From Chryseobacterium gleum (GTDB lineage: Bacteria; Bacteroidota; Bacteroidia; Flavobacteriales_D; Sanyastnellaceae): a stretch of 35,448 nucleotides of DNA. Each line of letters starts with the position of its first letter. The first letter of the stretch is position 1. Shown here one piece after another: positions 24,500 to 33,224 of the stretch. The DNA is taken from positions 1-35,448 of the forward strand of contig CALQJP020000001.1 of assembly GCA_943330925.2 (NCBI GenBank). The letters run 5' to 3'. The translations under genes were made by a program, and so were the position numbers. The notes beneath the pieces were generated by a model. The model made no database searches and was not told the DNA's origin. It worked only from the letters and a program-made list of their open reading frames with translations.

Positions 24500-26191
24500 T
24501 TAGCGAATAACCTGGAAGTGCCCGGCACGCGTGCCCTCTTGCACTCCGCCGCATTCGATGCGGTAGTAAATTTCGTAGTAGTAAACACCGTCGGCAAAAC
24601 CATCGACGTTCCAATAGCGGCCGCTGCCTGTGCTGCTGTCGAATGCCAGCGCACCCCAACGATTGAAAATCTTCAGCTCATAAGTGTCCATTACGGAAGG
24701 CAAAACCAACGAGCGGTTGCTGTTCAAGTAGGGCATCCAAACATCGTTGTCGGAGTCGCCATTGGGAGTAATGATGTTTGGAAAGAGAATGTCAGATAAG
24801 TCGATGTAGCCGGCCTCGGCGTCATCTATAAAGATCTCCGTGCTTGCGCTGCAGCCCGACGTTTCGTCGGTTGCAATAACTCGATACGTTCCTGCAGCAA
24901 TTACGGTCGGGTCCAAGGAGGTGTAGGAGAGGGGCTCCCAGTTGCCGTTGGATGCGAAATACTCCCAGCTGACTAGACTGTTTTGTTGCGGAGTGACTTC
25001 TACGCCGACGATTTCTACATTCGGGTTCGAACATGAAATGGAGTCTTGCAAGGGAATCGACAAGAATGCGATGTCGTGATTGGGTATTTCTATGGTTGTC
25101 TGAACGCCGCAATTTTCCTGGTCGTCTACCATGAGTTGATGAATGCCTGGCGTAAGGCCTGCAGCTGTATAGCCGGGAAGGGGCGTTGCATCCAAAATGA
25201 CAGAATAGGGTTGCGATCCGCCTGTGATATTGATTATCTCTATGGCGCCATCGATTCCGTTACAAGCGTATGCAATGGATGTGTTGTAGCTAATAGGCTC
25301 GTTGAAAATCAAATCGAAAGTTGCAGCAAGGGCGGTATTACCGCAGGGGTCTTCCACGTTACCACTTACATCTTGAATGGAAAGCGTATAGATGCCGGCT
25401 TGCAGCACCGATTCACTGAGGTTGAGGAGAAAGAGGTCTTCATACGTCGCATTCGGATTTTCGGCCACTACCGTGGCAACGGTAAATACTCCGCCCGGTC
25501 CGCTGAGATTGAAATCAGATGCTTCAACCGTGCTGTTGACGATGAGTTCTGAGAATATAATTTCAATCTGGTTGTTGGTGCATGCCGTTACCGCGGCAGA
25601 TATTTCAGGTTGCTGATCATCAAACAATGTTGCGGTGCTTTCATTGAAATCGATGGAATATCCATCCGGGCTATTCGACCAGTTCATTACAACCAGCGCG
25701 AACGTTTGTCCCACTTGTGCATTGAGGTTAGCATTGAAGGCAGGTCCGTTGAGGTCACCGGGGCCATTGCTGTTGCCCGTGCCTCCGTTGCTTGAAGAGA
25801 TACCGGTTGGTCCGTTGGTAGCGAAGCTTCCATAGGAGTTGCAACTAACCTCCGGCGAAGAGCCATCTTGTGCATTGATGCCGTCGCATCCTCCATTGGT
25901 TATTTCGAAAAGGCCCCAGTCATAATCGTCGAGTTCATTGTTGGGAGTTAAAACGAAGCCAAGCTCACCTGCTTGCTGCACCGTGAAGGTGTACCACAAG
26001 CTCATGGTCTCAGTACCGTTGTTGCATGCACCGGTATATTCCAATACATTTCCGGTGCCGGGCGGTGAGGTTTCTTCGCTGTAAATGCCACCGCAAAGGG
26101 GAATTGCGCCGTCGCAATCACCTGTGCTGTCTTGTGCAATGAGTAAATGCGATAGACACAGGATGCATGCAATAAGTACAGGAGTTTTCAT
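24500..26191 (-). CDS. Gliding-motility-associated / T9SS type B C-terminal domain protein (putative cell-surface adhesin)
   Basis: Signal peptide MKTPVLIACILCLSHLLIAQ, a Cys-rich N-terminal domain (CDGAIPLCGG...DDYDWGLFEI), Ig-like repeats, and the C-terminal FPNIITPNGDSDNDVW...KIFNRWGALAF...DGVYYYEIYY. Confidence 0.85.
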   Translation of the reverse strand: MKTPVLIACILCLSHLLIAQDSTGDCDGAIPLCGGIYSEETSPPGTGNVLEYTGACNNGTETMSLWYTFTVQQAGELGFVLTPNNELDDYDWGLFEITNGGCDGINAQDGSSPEVSCNSYGSFATNGPTGISSSNGGTGNSNGPGDLNGPAFNANLNAQVGQTFALVVMNWSNSPDGYSIDFNESTATLFDDQQPEISAAVTACTNNQIEIIFSELIVNSTVEASDFNLSGPGGVFTVATVVAENPNATYEDLFLLNLSESVLQAGIYTLSIQDVSGNVEDPCGNTALAATFDLIFNEPISYNTSIAYACNGIDGAIEIINITGGSQPYSVILDATPLPGYTAAGLTPGIHQLMVDDQENCGVQTTIEIPNHDIAFLSIPLQDSISCSNPNVEIVGVEVTPQQNSLVSWEYFASNGNWEPLSYTSLDPTVIAAGTYRVIATDETSGCSASTEIFIDDAEAGYIDLSDILFPNIITPNGDSDNDVWMPYLNSNRSLVLPSVMDTYELKIFNRWGALAFDSSTGSGRYWNVDGFADGVYYYEIYYRIECGGVQEGTRAGHFQVIR

Positions 26192-26244
26192 GAGGTCGTG
26201 GTTTAATACGAATGTACGTTTTTTTCATATTCGAATGAAAACCA

Positions 26245-26272
26245 AAAAGCCCCACTCGCTAGCAGGGCTTTT
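26245..26272 (-). terminator. Rho-independent terminator candidate downstream of the DjlA-like gene
   Basis: On the minus strand it reads AAAAGCCCTGCTAGCGAGTGGGGCTTTTTGGTTTT, a GC stem followed by a T-run. A second small hairpin, TGTAAGT-TGTTC-ACTTACA, lies at 26303-26321. Confidence 0.55.
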
Positions 26273-26377
26273 AGGCTTAAACTGAAAAACTAAAAACTAT
26301 TTTGTAAGTTGTTCACTTACATGACAAAAATAAAACGCATTGAAAGAAGGAAGTGAAATGTGTTTTCAACAAGTTAC

Positions 26378-27130
26378 TCACTTCATATTGCGGTCTTTTT
26401 TTATTTGCTCGTAGGCATCTTGCACCTTGATGAATTTTTCGTTGGCCGATTTTTCATGCTGTTCGCCCAGGCCGCGCACCTTGTCGGGATGGTACTTCAT
26501 GGCCATTCTACGGTAAGCCTTTTTCACTTCATCGTCGGAAGCAGCAGTATCAATTTCTAAAATTTTGTATGCACTTTCGGTGTCTTTGTAGTGCATGGCT
26601 TTAAGCGATTCGTAGTCTTTGCTGTTGAGTCCCAGATACTGCGCAATGGTTTCAATCATGTGCATTTCGGACTTGTCGACGTTGCCGTCGGCCTTTGCAA
26701 TCCCGAATAGATAATACATGAGTTGCAGTCGCATGGGATGTTCCATGTAGTAGCGAATCTGCTCGCACACTTCACGCAAGGGAATGTCTTTTTGCAAGAG
26801 TTCTTTCAGCACGCCCATGTGTTGCGCAGCGGCAGCACTCCCGAATTGTTTTGTGTAGAAGTCGCGAATGAAATCGAGTTCCGATTTAAGCAATCGATTG
26901 TCGGCCTTCATTACCGCTGCCGATAAAACCAGCAGGGCAGAAGCAAAATCGCCCGATTGTGTTTGATGGCGGTACTGCTTGTAGTTCGATTGGGTTTGTG
27001 CGGTGCCTTGGCGAACACCATTAAACGATTTATCGTCGGCCATTGCGCCAATCGCAAACCCTATCATGCCTCCGATGGGGCCACCCATAGCCCAACCCAA
27101 CGCACCGCCAATCCATTTTCCGAAACTCAT
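26378..27130 (-). CDS. DjlA-like co-chaperone: glycine-zipper TM segment, TerB-like domain and C-terminal J domain
   Basis: [23 protein letters not shown]; TerB-like [27 protein letters not shown]; J domain [30 protein letters not shown] with the HPD motif. Confidence 0.8.
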   Translation of the reverse strand: MSFGKWIGGALGWAMGGPIGGMIGFAIGAMADDKSFNGVRQGTAQTQSNYKQYRHQTQSGDFASALLVLSAAVMKADNRLLKSELDFIRDFYTKQFGSAAAAQHMGVLKELLQKDIPLREVCEQIRYYMEHPMRLQLMYYLFGIAKADGNVDKSEMHMIETIAQYLGLNSKDYESLKAMHYKDTESAYKILEIDTAASDDEVKKAYRRMAMKYHPDKVRGLGEQHEKSANEKFIKVQDAYEQIKKDRNMK

Positions 27131-27192
27131 TGTTTTTTTTTAAATAGCATTCATGTCATTCTATTGCTTTCGCGTTGCGGCGCAAAGGTGAA

Positions 27193-28035
27193 TTACCAGC
27201 TGCCGCCGGCTCCACCGCCGCCAAAACCTCCGCCACCGAATCCACCGAATCCGCCTCCACCACCGCCTCCGCCAAAACCTCCGAAGCCACCTCTGCCGCT
27301 ACTGAAATTGTTGTAGTAGCCGTGATGAGAGCGTGAGGCTGCATTGAGCAATGCCCATGCAGCCCAAAATCCGATTTGATTGGTTTGTGCGTAGCGTTTT
27401 GTTTGAGCTGCTTTAGCAATGAATACGAATGCAAATATCAAAAGGGCTAGAAGTGCGATGCCGAGTCCTCCTTTTTTTTTACGCTTGGTATGCTTCGAAG
27501 CATACGCATCGGAGTCGTATTCGCCGCGCGCCAACTGCATTAACACCGCTGCCCCTGCTTGAATACCTTCGTAATACGCCTCGTTTTTAAAGGAGGGAAT
27601 ACATTCGTTATCGATGATTTGTTTGGTGGTAATGTCGGGAATGGCGCCTTCCAGCCCGCGACCCACCGCTATGAATATCTCACCTTTCGACTCAGTTGTT
27701 TTAGGTTTCACCAACATCACAATGCCGTTGTCTTCCTTCGCTTGACCAACGCCCCATGCCTCTCCCAATTCAATCGCGAATTGGCCTTTTTCCATGCCGC
27801 ATAAATCGGGCACGATTACCACCGTTATTTGATTGCTCGTGCTATCTGCAAACGACACCAGCATCGACTCAAGCATGGATTCTTCTCCCTCGTTAAGGAG
27901 GTCAGCAACATCGTAAACCAGCTTGTTTTCTTTTTTCGGAAAACATTCTTGACCGGCTAACTGAGCTTGACCCATAGCTGCCAGCAGCAGCCAAAGAACA
28001 ACTAGCGGTAATCGATACTGTATGTTGCGCATCAT
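27193..28035 (-). CDS. TPM-domain (YgcG-like) protein with a TM segment and a glycine-rich tail
   Basis: Signal peptide, TPM-like VYDVADLLNEGEESMLESMLVSFADSTSNQITVVIVPDL, the TM segment LGIALLALLIFAFVFIA, and the tail GGFGGFGGGGGGGGFGGFGGGGFGGGGAGGSW. Confidence 0.8.
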   Translation of the reverse strand: MMRNIQYRLPLVVLWLLLAAMGQAQLAGQECFPKKENKLVYDVADLLNEGEESMLESMLVSFADSTSNQITVVIVPDLCGMEKGQFAIELGEAWGVGQAKEDNGIVMLVKPKTTESKGEIFIAVGRGLEGAIPDITTKQIIDNECIPSFKNEAYYEGIQAGAAVLMQLARGEYDSDAYASKHTKRKKKGGLGIALLALLIFAFVFIAKAAQTKRYAQTNQIGFWAAWALLNAASRSHHGYYNNFSSGRGGFGGFGGGGGGGGFGGFGGGGFGGGGAGGSW

Positions 28036-28469
28036 TATTTAAAGGGGTTGGTTGATACGCTGTTGGAAAGCTCGTTGCGATCGTCGCGATGGTAAGGGAA
28101 GAAGTTTTTTAGATGTTCTCCAACCGAGGCAACGGCAGTGCAAAGACCGGCTGCATAGTTACCGGTTGAAAAATCTGCCGTCATTTGGTTTTTGATGCTT
28201 TCCCATGTTTCAGGGGCTACATGCATGTGTATACCGACGTCGCCCAGGATGGCGAGTTTTCTATCGCTAAATGCCACATAAATCAGCACACCGTTGCGTG
28301 CCGCTGTTTTATGCATTTCCAGTTTTTCGAAAATATAACTTGCTCTGTCGAGCGGGTCTTCGCTGCATTTTTCTTCCAAATGCACACGAAGCTCCGCTGA
28401 GGTATTGCGCTCAGTCGCTTCGATGGCAGCTTCCACTTGTTGGTGGAGTTCGAGTGTGTTGATGCTCAT
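28035..28469 (-). CDS. TPM-domain protein (short cytoplasmic form)
   Basis: From MSINTLELHQQVEAAIEATERNTSAELRVHLEE...NGVLIYVAFSDRKLAILGDVGIH. I trimmed the track's ORF, which overlaps LemA. The stop overlaps the next gene's ATG by 1 nt (TAATG). Confidence 0.75.
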   Translation of the reverse strand: MSINTLELHQQVEAAIEATERNTSAELRVHLEEKCSEDPLDRASYIFEKLEMHKTAARNGVLIYVAFSDRKLAILGDVGIHMHVAPETWESIKNQMTADFSTGNYAAGLCTAVASVGEHLKNFFPYHRDDRNELSNSVSTNPFK

Positions 28470-28476
28470 ACGGTCT

Positions 28477-29124
28477 TTAAAACTTGACCTTTGGCGCTTC
28501 GTCCGCTCCTTCTTTCGCTTCAAACATTTCGCGCACCTTGAAGTTATCGTCTTCAGATGCAACAAGGCTCAAACCCATTTTCTTGAACGTGCCGCGGATG
28601 TGCGCGTTGTAGGTTTTAACCGATTCGTTGTAGCGATTGCGTTCTGTGTTGATTCGGTTTTCGGTTCCTTCCAGTTGCGCTTGCAGATTTGCGAAGTTTT
28701 GGGTCGATTGCACGGTAGGGTAGTTTTCGGTCATAAATCCACGAAAACCGCGATACGTGTTCATCAATACCATGTCGCTTTGCTGCAGTTCAGCCGGTGA
28801 AGTTGCGCTTTTCACCTTGGCGCTTTGTTCGGCCACAAGATTGCCAACGCTGTCGGTGTAGTGGCGAATACCACCGCGTGCTTCGGTTACGCCAACGAGT
28901 ATTTCACGCTCGTTTTCTGCAGCCGCTCGCACGGTCTCCACGAGGTTGCCTATGAGGTCGGCTCTGCGTTGATAGGCGCTCTGCACATTGCCCCAAGCTT
29001 CATTAACGGTTTCTTGATTTTTTACGGCGCTGTCGCGAACGCCTGCTGCATAGAAGTAGAAGGATACGAATCCGATTACGATGCTCCCAACCAAAATGAG
29101 AGCTGCGATGGTGATTTTGTTCAT
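28477..29124 (-). CDS. LemA family protein
   Basis: MNKITIAALILVGSIVIGFVSFYFY TM anchor, then ...VNEAWGNVQSAYQRRADLIGNLVETV...LEGTENRINTERNRYNESVKTYN, typical of LemA. It is first in a LemA-TPM-TPM operon. Confidence 0.85.
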   Translation of the reverse strand: MNKITIAALILVGSIVIGFVSFYFYAAGVRDSAVKNQETVNEAWGNVQSAYQRRADLIGNLVETVRAAAENEREILVGVTEARGGIRHYTDSVGNLVAEQSAKVKSATSPAELQQSDMVLMNTYRGFRGFMTENYPTVQSTQNFANLQAQLEGTENRINTERNRYNESVKTYNAHIRGTFKKMGLSLVASEDDNFKVREMFEAKEGADEAPKVKF

Positions 29125-29254
29125 GGATGAAATTGAAATACGAATATAAATAAGTTGGTCGCCGCTTGTCAATTGAAGTGCCATCCAACGCCGGCTGTCA
29201 TTGTGGCACTAACACCCGCATAAAGTTACCAAAAAAGGCCTTTGTTCGGAATGG

Positions 29255-30622
29255 ATGTCCGAATTTGCGCCACCAATGCGCTTTGCAATTACTGATATCG
29301 AAACAACGGGCAGTCATGCTTCGGGCAACAGCATCATCGAAATTGGTGTTGTGTTGTTTGATGGTGAACGCATTGTAGAAGAGTTCAGCAGTTTGATAAA
29401 TCCCGGGGTGCACTTGCCGGTATTCATTACAGGGCTTACCGGCATTACAGGTGAAATGCTTCGTGGTGCTCCAAGTTTTGCAGAGATAGCCGATCGATTG
29501 GAGGAGCTTTTTGACGGCGCTATTTTCGTTGCGCACAACGTGAATTTCGATCACTCTTTTATTCGCGCTGAGTTTGCGGCAATAGGCCGCAACTGGAATC
29601 CACCTCGAATCTGCACAATGCGCATGGCGCGCAAAGCATTTCCGGGTGAAAAGTCGTATGGGCTCAATGCCATTTGCTACTGGATGGGCTTGGTGAATGA
29701 AAACGCGCACAGGGCGCTGAGTGACGCACGTGTAGCTACGGAAATTTTAACGAGGACGTTGCCACACATAGAACCAACCGAGTTTAAGCGAATGGTGGCA
29801 AAGCACAGCGGTGTAGTATTTCTTCCACCCAATTTGCCGGAGGAAGTATTTCAGCGATTACCCGAAGCGCCCGGAGTGTATTACATGTACGATGAAAAAG
29901 GAAAGCCGCTCTATATAGGCAAAGCCAACAACATCAAGAAGCGGGTTCGTCAGCATTTTACAACGCAGGGAGAAAGTGCGAGAGTGCAATCGTTCATGCG
30001 TGATGTGCGAGATATAGGATTTGAGCTTACCGGTAATGAGTTGGTAGCCTTGCTGCTGGAGGACGCTGAAATAAGAAAGTATTGGCCGCCATTCAATAGC
30101 GCCCAGAAGCGCAAAACACGTCGGGCTCATGTGATTCGATATGCCGATCAAAACGGATATACACGCCTGGCAGCTACGGCAGCAGGTAAGGTGTCCGGTT
30201 CGGTTCGTTCGTTTGCATCGCTCGCAGAGGCGAGCCGCTGGCTGTATGCGCTCGCATCCGAGTTCTCAATTGATCAGCGTTTTCTGGGATTGACCATGTT
30301 CGACGCTTCCTTGGAAATGGTGGAGGCTCATGTGCACAATTTAGTTTTGGATCAATCGCTGCAGACGATGCTCACGCGCGATCCTTCCTACATAGTTGAA
30401 TGTGCAGGCCGACAATCGGGAGAGCTCGCATATGTGCTTGTAGAGCGCGGCATGCTCAAGGGATATGCTTTTTTGTCGAGCGAGGAGCGCGACTTCGATA
30501 CCATTCAATTTCATTTGAAGACATTGCCTCACAGCGAGAACACAGGGTCCATTCTCGATTCGTTTTCAGCAGCCCATTGGGGATACAAGCGAAGGGATGC
30601 TGAGACCGGGCATGCCGTCTAA
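29255..30622 (+). CDS. DnaQ-like DEDDh 3'-5' exonuclease fused to a GIY-YIG nuclease domain (Cho/UvrC-N-like), plus an unassigned C-terminus of about 170 aa
   Basis: Exo motifs FAITDIETTG, FVAHNVNFD and HRALSDA. GIY-YIG region PGVYYMYDEKGKPLYIGKANNIKKRVRQHF...LLLEDAEIRKYWPPFN. Confidence 0.8.
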   Translation: MSEFAPPMRFAITDIETTGSHASGNSIIEIGVVLFDGERIVEEFSSLINPGVHLPVFITGLTGITGEMLRGAPSFAEIADRLEELFDGAIFVAHNVNFDHSFIRAEFAAIGRNWNPPRICTMRMARKAFPGEKSYGLNAICYWMGLVNENAHRALSDARVATEILTRTLPHIEPTEFKRMVAKHSGVVFLPPNLPEEVFQRLPEAPGVYYMYDEKGKPLYIGKANNIKKRVRQHFTTQGESARVQSFMRDVRDIGFELTGNELVALLLEDAEIRKYWPPFNSAQKRKTRRAHVIRYADQNGYTRLAATAAGKVSGSVRSFASLAEASRWLYALASEFSIDQRFLGLTMFDASLEMVEAHVHNLVLDQSLQTMLTRDPSYIVECAGRQSGELAYVLVERGMLKGYAFLSSEERDFDTIQFHLKTLPHSENTGSILDSFSAAHWGYKRRDAETGHAV

Positions 30623-32250
30623 GGCTGCGGGATTATAGGTTTTACCACTTCGCCGGTAGAGTAAATATGAATTTTCTCCAGGCTGTTTTTGGGGTTTAAC
30701 GAATGCAGCAATTCATCGAACCATCCCGATTCGATGGTGGTTCGGTAGGTGAGCGTAGGGTAGTACTTTTTCATGGTTGCCACCCGTGTGTCAAGTTCCT
30801 TATCGTCGTAGAACAAAATGTAATTGGGCAGCGGACGTGGCATTACATCATGCTCTGTTTCCATGGCGATGTTCGATGCAAAACTCAATGTGCCTTCAAC
30901 CGGATCACCTTTTTTGAAATAGTAGTAATTCGTCCAGATGTTGCTGTAGAACTGCGGCATCATGGCACCCTGATCGGAATGTGTGAACTCCAGAATGAAG
31001 TTGTTGCAATCGCCTGCATCGCACAAATAGTTCATCGCTTCAACACGACTTTGCTTGGAGTAGGTGAAGCACAGGGTGAGCATTGCGACGGTGTTGAGCG
31101 CCCAAAAGAGCTGCCAGCTTACCCTGTGCCATCGCGCTTCTTTCCATTTTTCCGATAGCTTGCTCCATCCGATAACCCCCGCGATTACAAAGAAGGGCAG
31201 GGCCGGTAGTATGAATCGCTCCTGCTTGTTGGGGTAGAGGATGTGAAAAAGCAGAAAGCCTAACGTGGGAAGCACAACGATACTGATTTTTCGCCATGAA
31301 GCGAAAAAACCTGTGGTGAGAAAAATGCTAACGGGAGGTAAAATGAAAATCCCGATGAAGCTTACATAGGCCCATGGAGAACCAGGGTAGTTCAGCGCGT
31401 TTTTCTTGTTGTATTCGAAGTAGCCGCGCAAGTGCTGAAACGGCTCACCACCCCAGAGCAGCACATCGTCTATTTGAGTGATGAAAAAAGCGACAAATGA
31501 AACGACACCGAACAAAACGAACGCGCGGAAGTTTCTTTGGAGACCAAGCACCACGCCTGTCAGCGCCACGAAGAGTCCCGTTTGAAATCGGAAGCCAACC
31601 GCAAGGCCCATCAGAAACGCTGAGGCAATCACATAGTTCCAATTCACCTGTTGGCCCGCGGAAACCACAGGAGCTTCAAGCTTTATTTTACCAATTGCAA
31701 CGGATTGAAGAGGCACGTGTTTCAGCAATAGCCACATACCTGCCAGCAGGGGAGGCATGCACACCAGCTCGACCAGGTTGCGAACGGAAAAATTGGGCAG
31801 AATGGCGATGAAACACAACAGCAAACCGACGGTAATCGCATTTTTTCGATTGCTCAGCAGCTCAGTAATTCGATAAGCGAAATACACAGTGAGCAATGAA
31901 TATACTGCGTGAATGATGCGCAGCAACAGCATTTGTATTTCGGGCTGATCGATGCCCAGCGACTGGAACAGCAGGAAGAATACGTAAAGAAAGCCCAGGT
32001 AAAAAAAACTGATGGGTTCAGGATGTGCGTTGTTGTTGCCAATGCCCGGAAGCCAGTTGTTGAAGTTTTTTCCATCGGCCCAACTGCCTGCCGGCTCAAT
32101 GGTCAGGAAATGATCGTCGTGCATCATATAGCCCGGTGCAAAGAAGGCTGCGAGCAAACGAACGGATAATGCAAGCAACAAGATTACGCGCAACGGATGA
32201 GCGTTGAAATAGAGGAAGAATCGTTGCTTGCTAAGTTGAATCATGCGCAT
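30619..32250 (-). CDS. GT-C-fold membrane glycosyltransferase, GT22/Alg9-PigB-like mannosyltransferase candidate
   Basis: 543 aa with about 11 TM segments. The first loop has MHDDHFLTIEP, which resembles the HPDExFQ motif of GT22 enzymes. A soluble C-terminal domain follows. Confidence 0.55.
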   Translation of the reverse strand: MRMIQLSKQRFFLYFNAHPLRVILLLALSVRLLAAFFAPGYMMHDDHFLTIEPAGSWADGKNFNNWLPGIGNNNAHPEPISFFYLGFLYVFFLLFQSLGIDQPEIQMLLLRIIHAVYSLLTVYFAYRITELLSNRKNAITVGLLLCFIAILPNFSVRNLVELVCMPPLLAGMWLLLKHVPLQSVAIGKIKLEAPVVSAGQQVNWNYVIASAFLMGLAVGFRFQTGLFVALTGVVLGLQRNFRAFVLFGVVSFVAFFITQIDDVLLWGGEPFQHLRGYFEYNKKNALNYPGSPWAYVSFIGIFILPPVSIFLTTGFFASWRKISIVVLPTLGFLLFHILYPNKQERFILPALPFFVIAGVIGWSKLSEKWKEARWHRVSWQLFWALNTVAMLTLCFTYSKQSRVEAMNYLCDAGDCNNFILEFTHSDQGAMMPQFYSNIWTNYYYFKKGDPVEGTLSFASNIAMETEHDVMPRPLPNYILFYDDKELDTRVATMKKYYPTLTYRTTIESGWFDELLHSLNPKNSLEKIHIYSTGEVVKPIIPQP

Positions 32251-32309
32251 GAATTAGCGGCTGCAAATGTCGCAAAGGCAAGCAACAAAAACGAAGAAGA
32301 AATGGTAAA

Positions 32310-32834
32310 TCAGTCTTTCGAGCGCGCCGGTCTGCGAAAGATGTGTCTGTTGCGCACGATGTAGTTCGGACCAAACTCTGCAGTTCTTACCTCTTCCGTA
32401 ATGTAAAAGGAAACGGCAGTGACAGTGATGGTGCGGCGCAAATCGGTAGGGCGACGTTTTTCCTTGCCTTTCGTTTCTATGACAATGTCGGTAGTGTCGC
32501 CATGCTCTTCGACGGATGTAATGTCCCAGATAACGCCGTCGTAATTCATCTTGGTGCCGTCATCGTTTACGGTGCATTCGCCTTTGCCGCCGGTAATATC
32601 GCCGCGTCCGTGGTCGTATTGAACGGCATATTCCCACTTGGTTCCGTTGAATTCCGATTGGCATTTGGCAGGAAGACTGAACTTGGTTGTGTTGTCGCTT
32701 TCGTCGGTATACTCCATGAAGCCTTCCCACGATCCGGAAATTTTATTGAATTGCTCGTAGATGAATTCTCTGTCGCCCTGAGCAAAAGAATGGAGCGATA
32801 TCACCAAAAAGGAAAGCAAGCACGCTGTTTTCAT
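32310..32834 (-). CDS. Small secreted protein of unknown function (lipocalin-like by composition)
   Basis: MKTACLLSFLVISLHSFAQ signal peptide followed by a beta-rich sequence of about 155 aa. I prefer it over the antisense ORF 32343..32864, which has odd composition. Confidence 0.55.
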   Translation of the reverse strand: MKTACLLSFLVISLHSFAQGDREFIYEQFNKISGSWEGFMEYTDESDNTTKFSLPAKCQSEFNGTKWEYAVQYDHGRGDITGGKGECTVNDDGTKMNYDGVIWDITSVEEHGDTTDIVIETKGKEKRRPTDLRRTITVTAVSFYITEEVRTAEFGPNYIVRNRHIFRRPARSKD

Positions 32835-32855
32835 AAAATGAAAAAGTTTATCAAA

Positions 32856-32863
32856 CAAATATA
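32856..32863 (-). promoter_or_regulatory. Candidate -7 box (TATATTTG) for the small secreted protein gene
   Basis: Exact TAnnTTTG match on the minus strand, 21 nt upstream of the ATG at 32834. The track's TTG start lies inside this motif. Confidence 0.4.
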
Positions 32864-32969
32864 AACGAAACGGCTCTCATCAGGATGCTTGCTCAGAGTC
32901 ATTGCAAAGGATGAGGTGCCTCACGGGTTTTATTGGAATCTCGATAGAATTTTATTCAAAACATGTAAT

Positions 32970-33131
32970 ATGAAAACGAGTAAGGGTAACAACACCCAGC
33001 AAAGCAAACAGCAGCGCCAATCGCACAAAACCAGGCCTGAAATTCGCGACGATATGGACAGCAGGAAGAATCGGGAGTCAGGTTTCAACCGAAGCATCAG
33101 CAAGAAGGGAGACCGAAAGAAAAGCTCTTGA
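32970..33131 (+). CDS. Hypothetical small, very basic hydrophilic protein (53 aa)
   Basis: MKTSKGNNTQQSKQQRQSHKTRPEIRDDMDSRKNRESGFNRSISKKGDRKKSS. It sits in an otherwise empty 366-nt spacer. Nothing beyond an open frame and an ATG supports it. Confidence 0.25.
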   Translation: MKTSKGNNTQQSKQQRQSHKTRPEIRDDMDSRKNRESGFNRSISKKGDRKKSS

Positions 33132-33224
33132 TTTTTTATGGTAATTGTTGGTAAACAACAGTCTTAAAAGTCGTTTCCGAGTGCATTTGTGCTGCAAATT
33201 CGCAGGCAAACTCAAGGAAGCAAA

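Noticed and set aside
26325-26332. TATTTTTG -7-box match on the minus strand between the DjlA-like gene and the adhesin gene
   Set aside because: It lies upstream of two terminator-like hairpins (26303-26321, 26245-26272). A transcript from it would have to read through both to reach the adhesin start at 26191. It is probably a chance match.
26957-27316. Plus-strand ORF encoding a proline-rich tail (PPPPKPPPPNPPNPPPPPPPPKPPKPP)
   Set aside because: It is the antisense shadow of the glycine-rich tail of the TPM protein and overlaps the 5' end of the DjlA-like gene on the opposite strand. The minus-strand genes have clear domain signatures.
32343-32864. 173-aa plus-strand ORF opposite the small secreted protein gene
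   Set aside because: It has no signal or domain features and an odd composition. The minus-strand frame has a clean signal peptide and a -7 box at the right distance. Confidence in either is only moderate.
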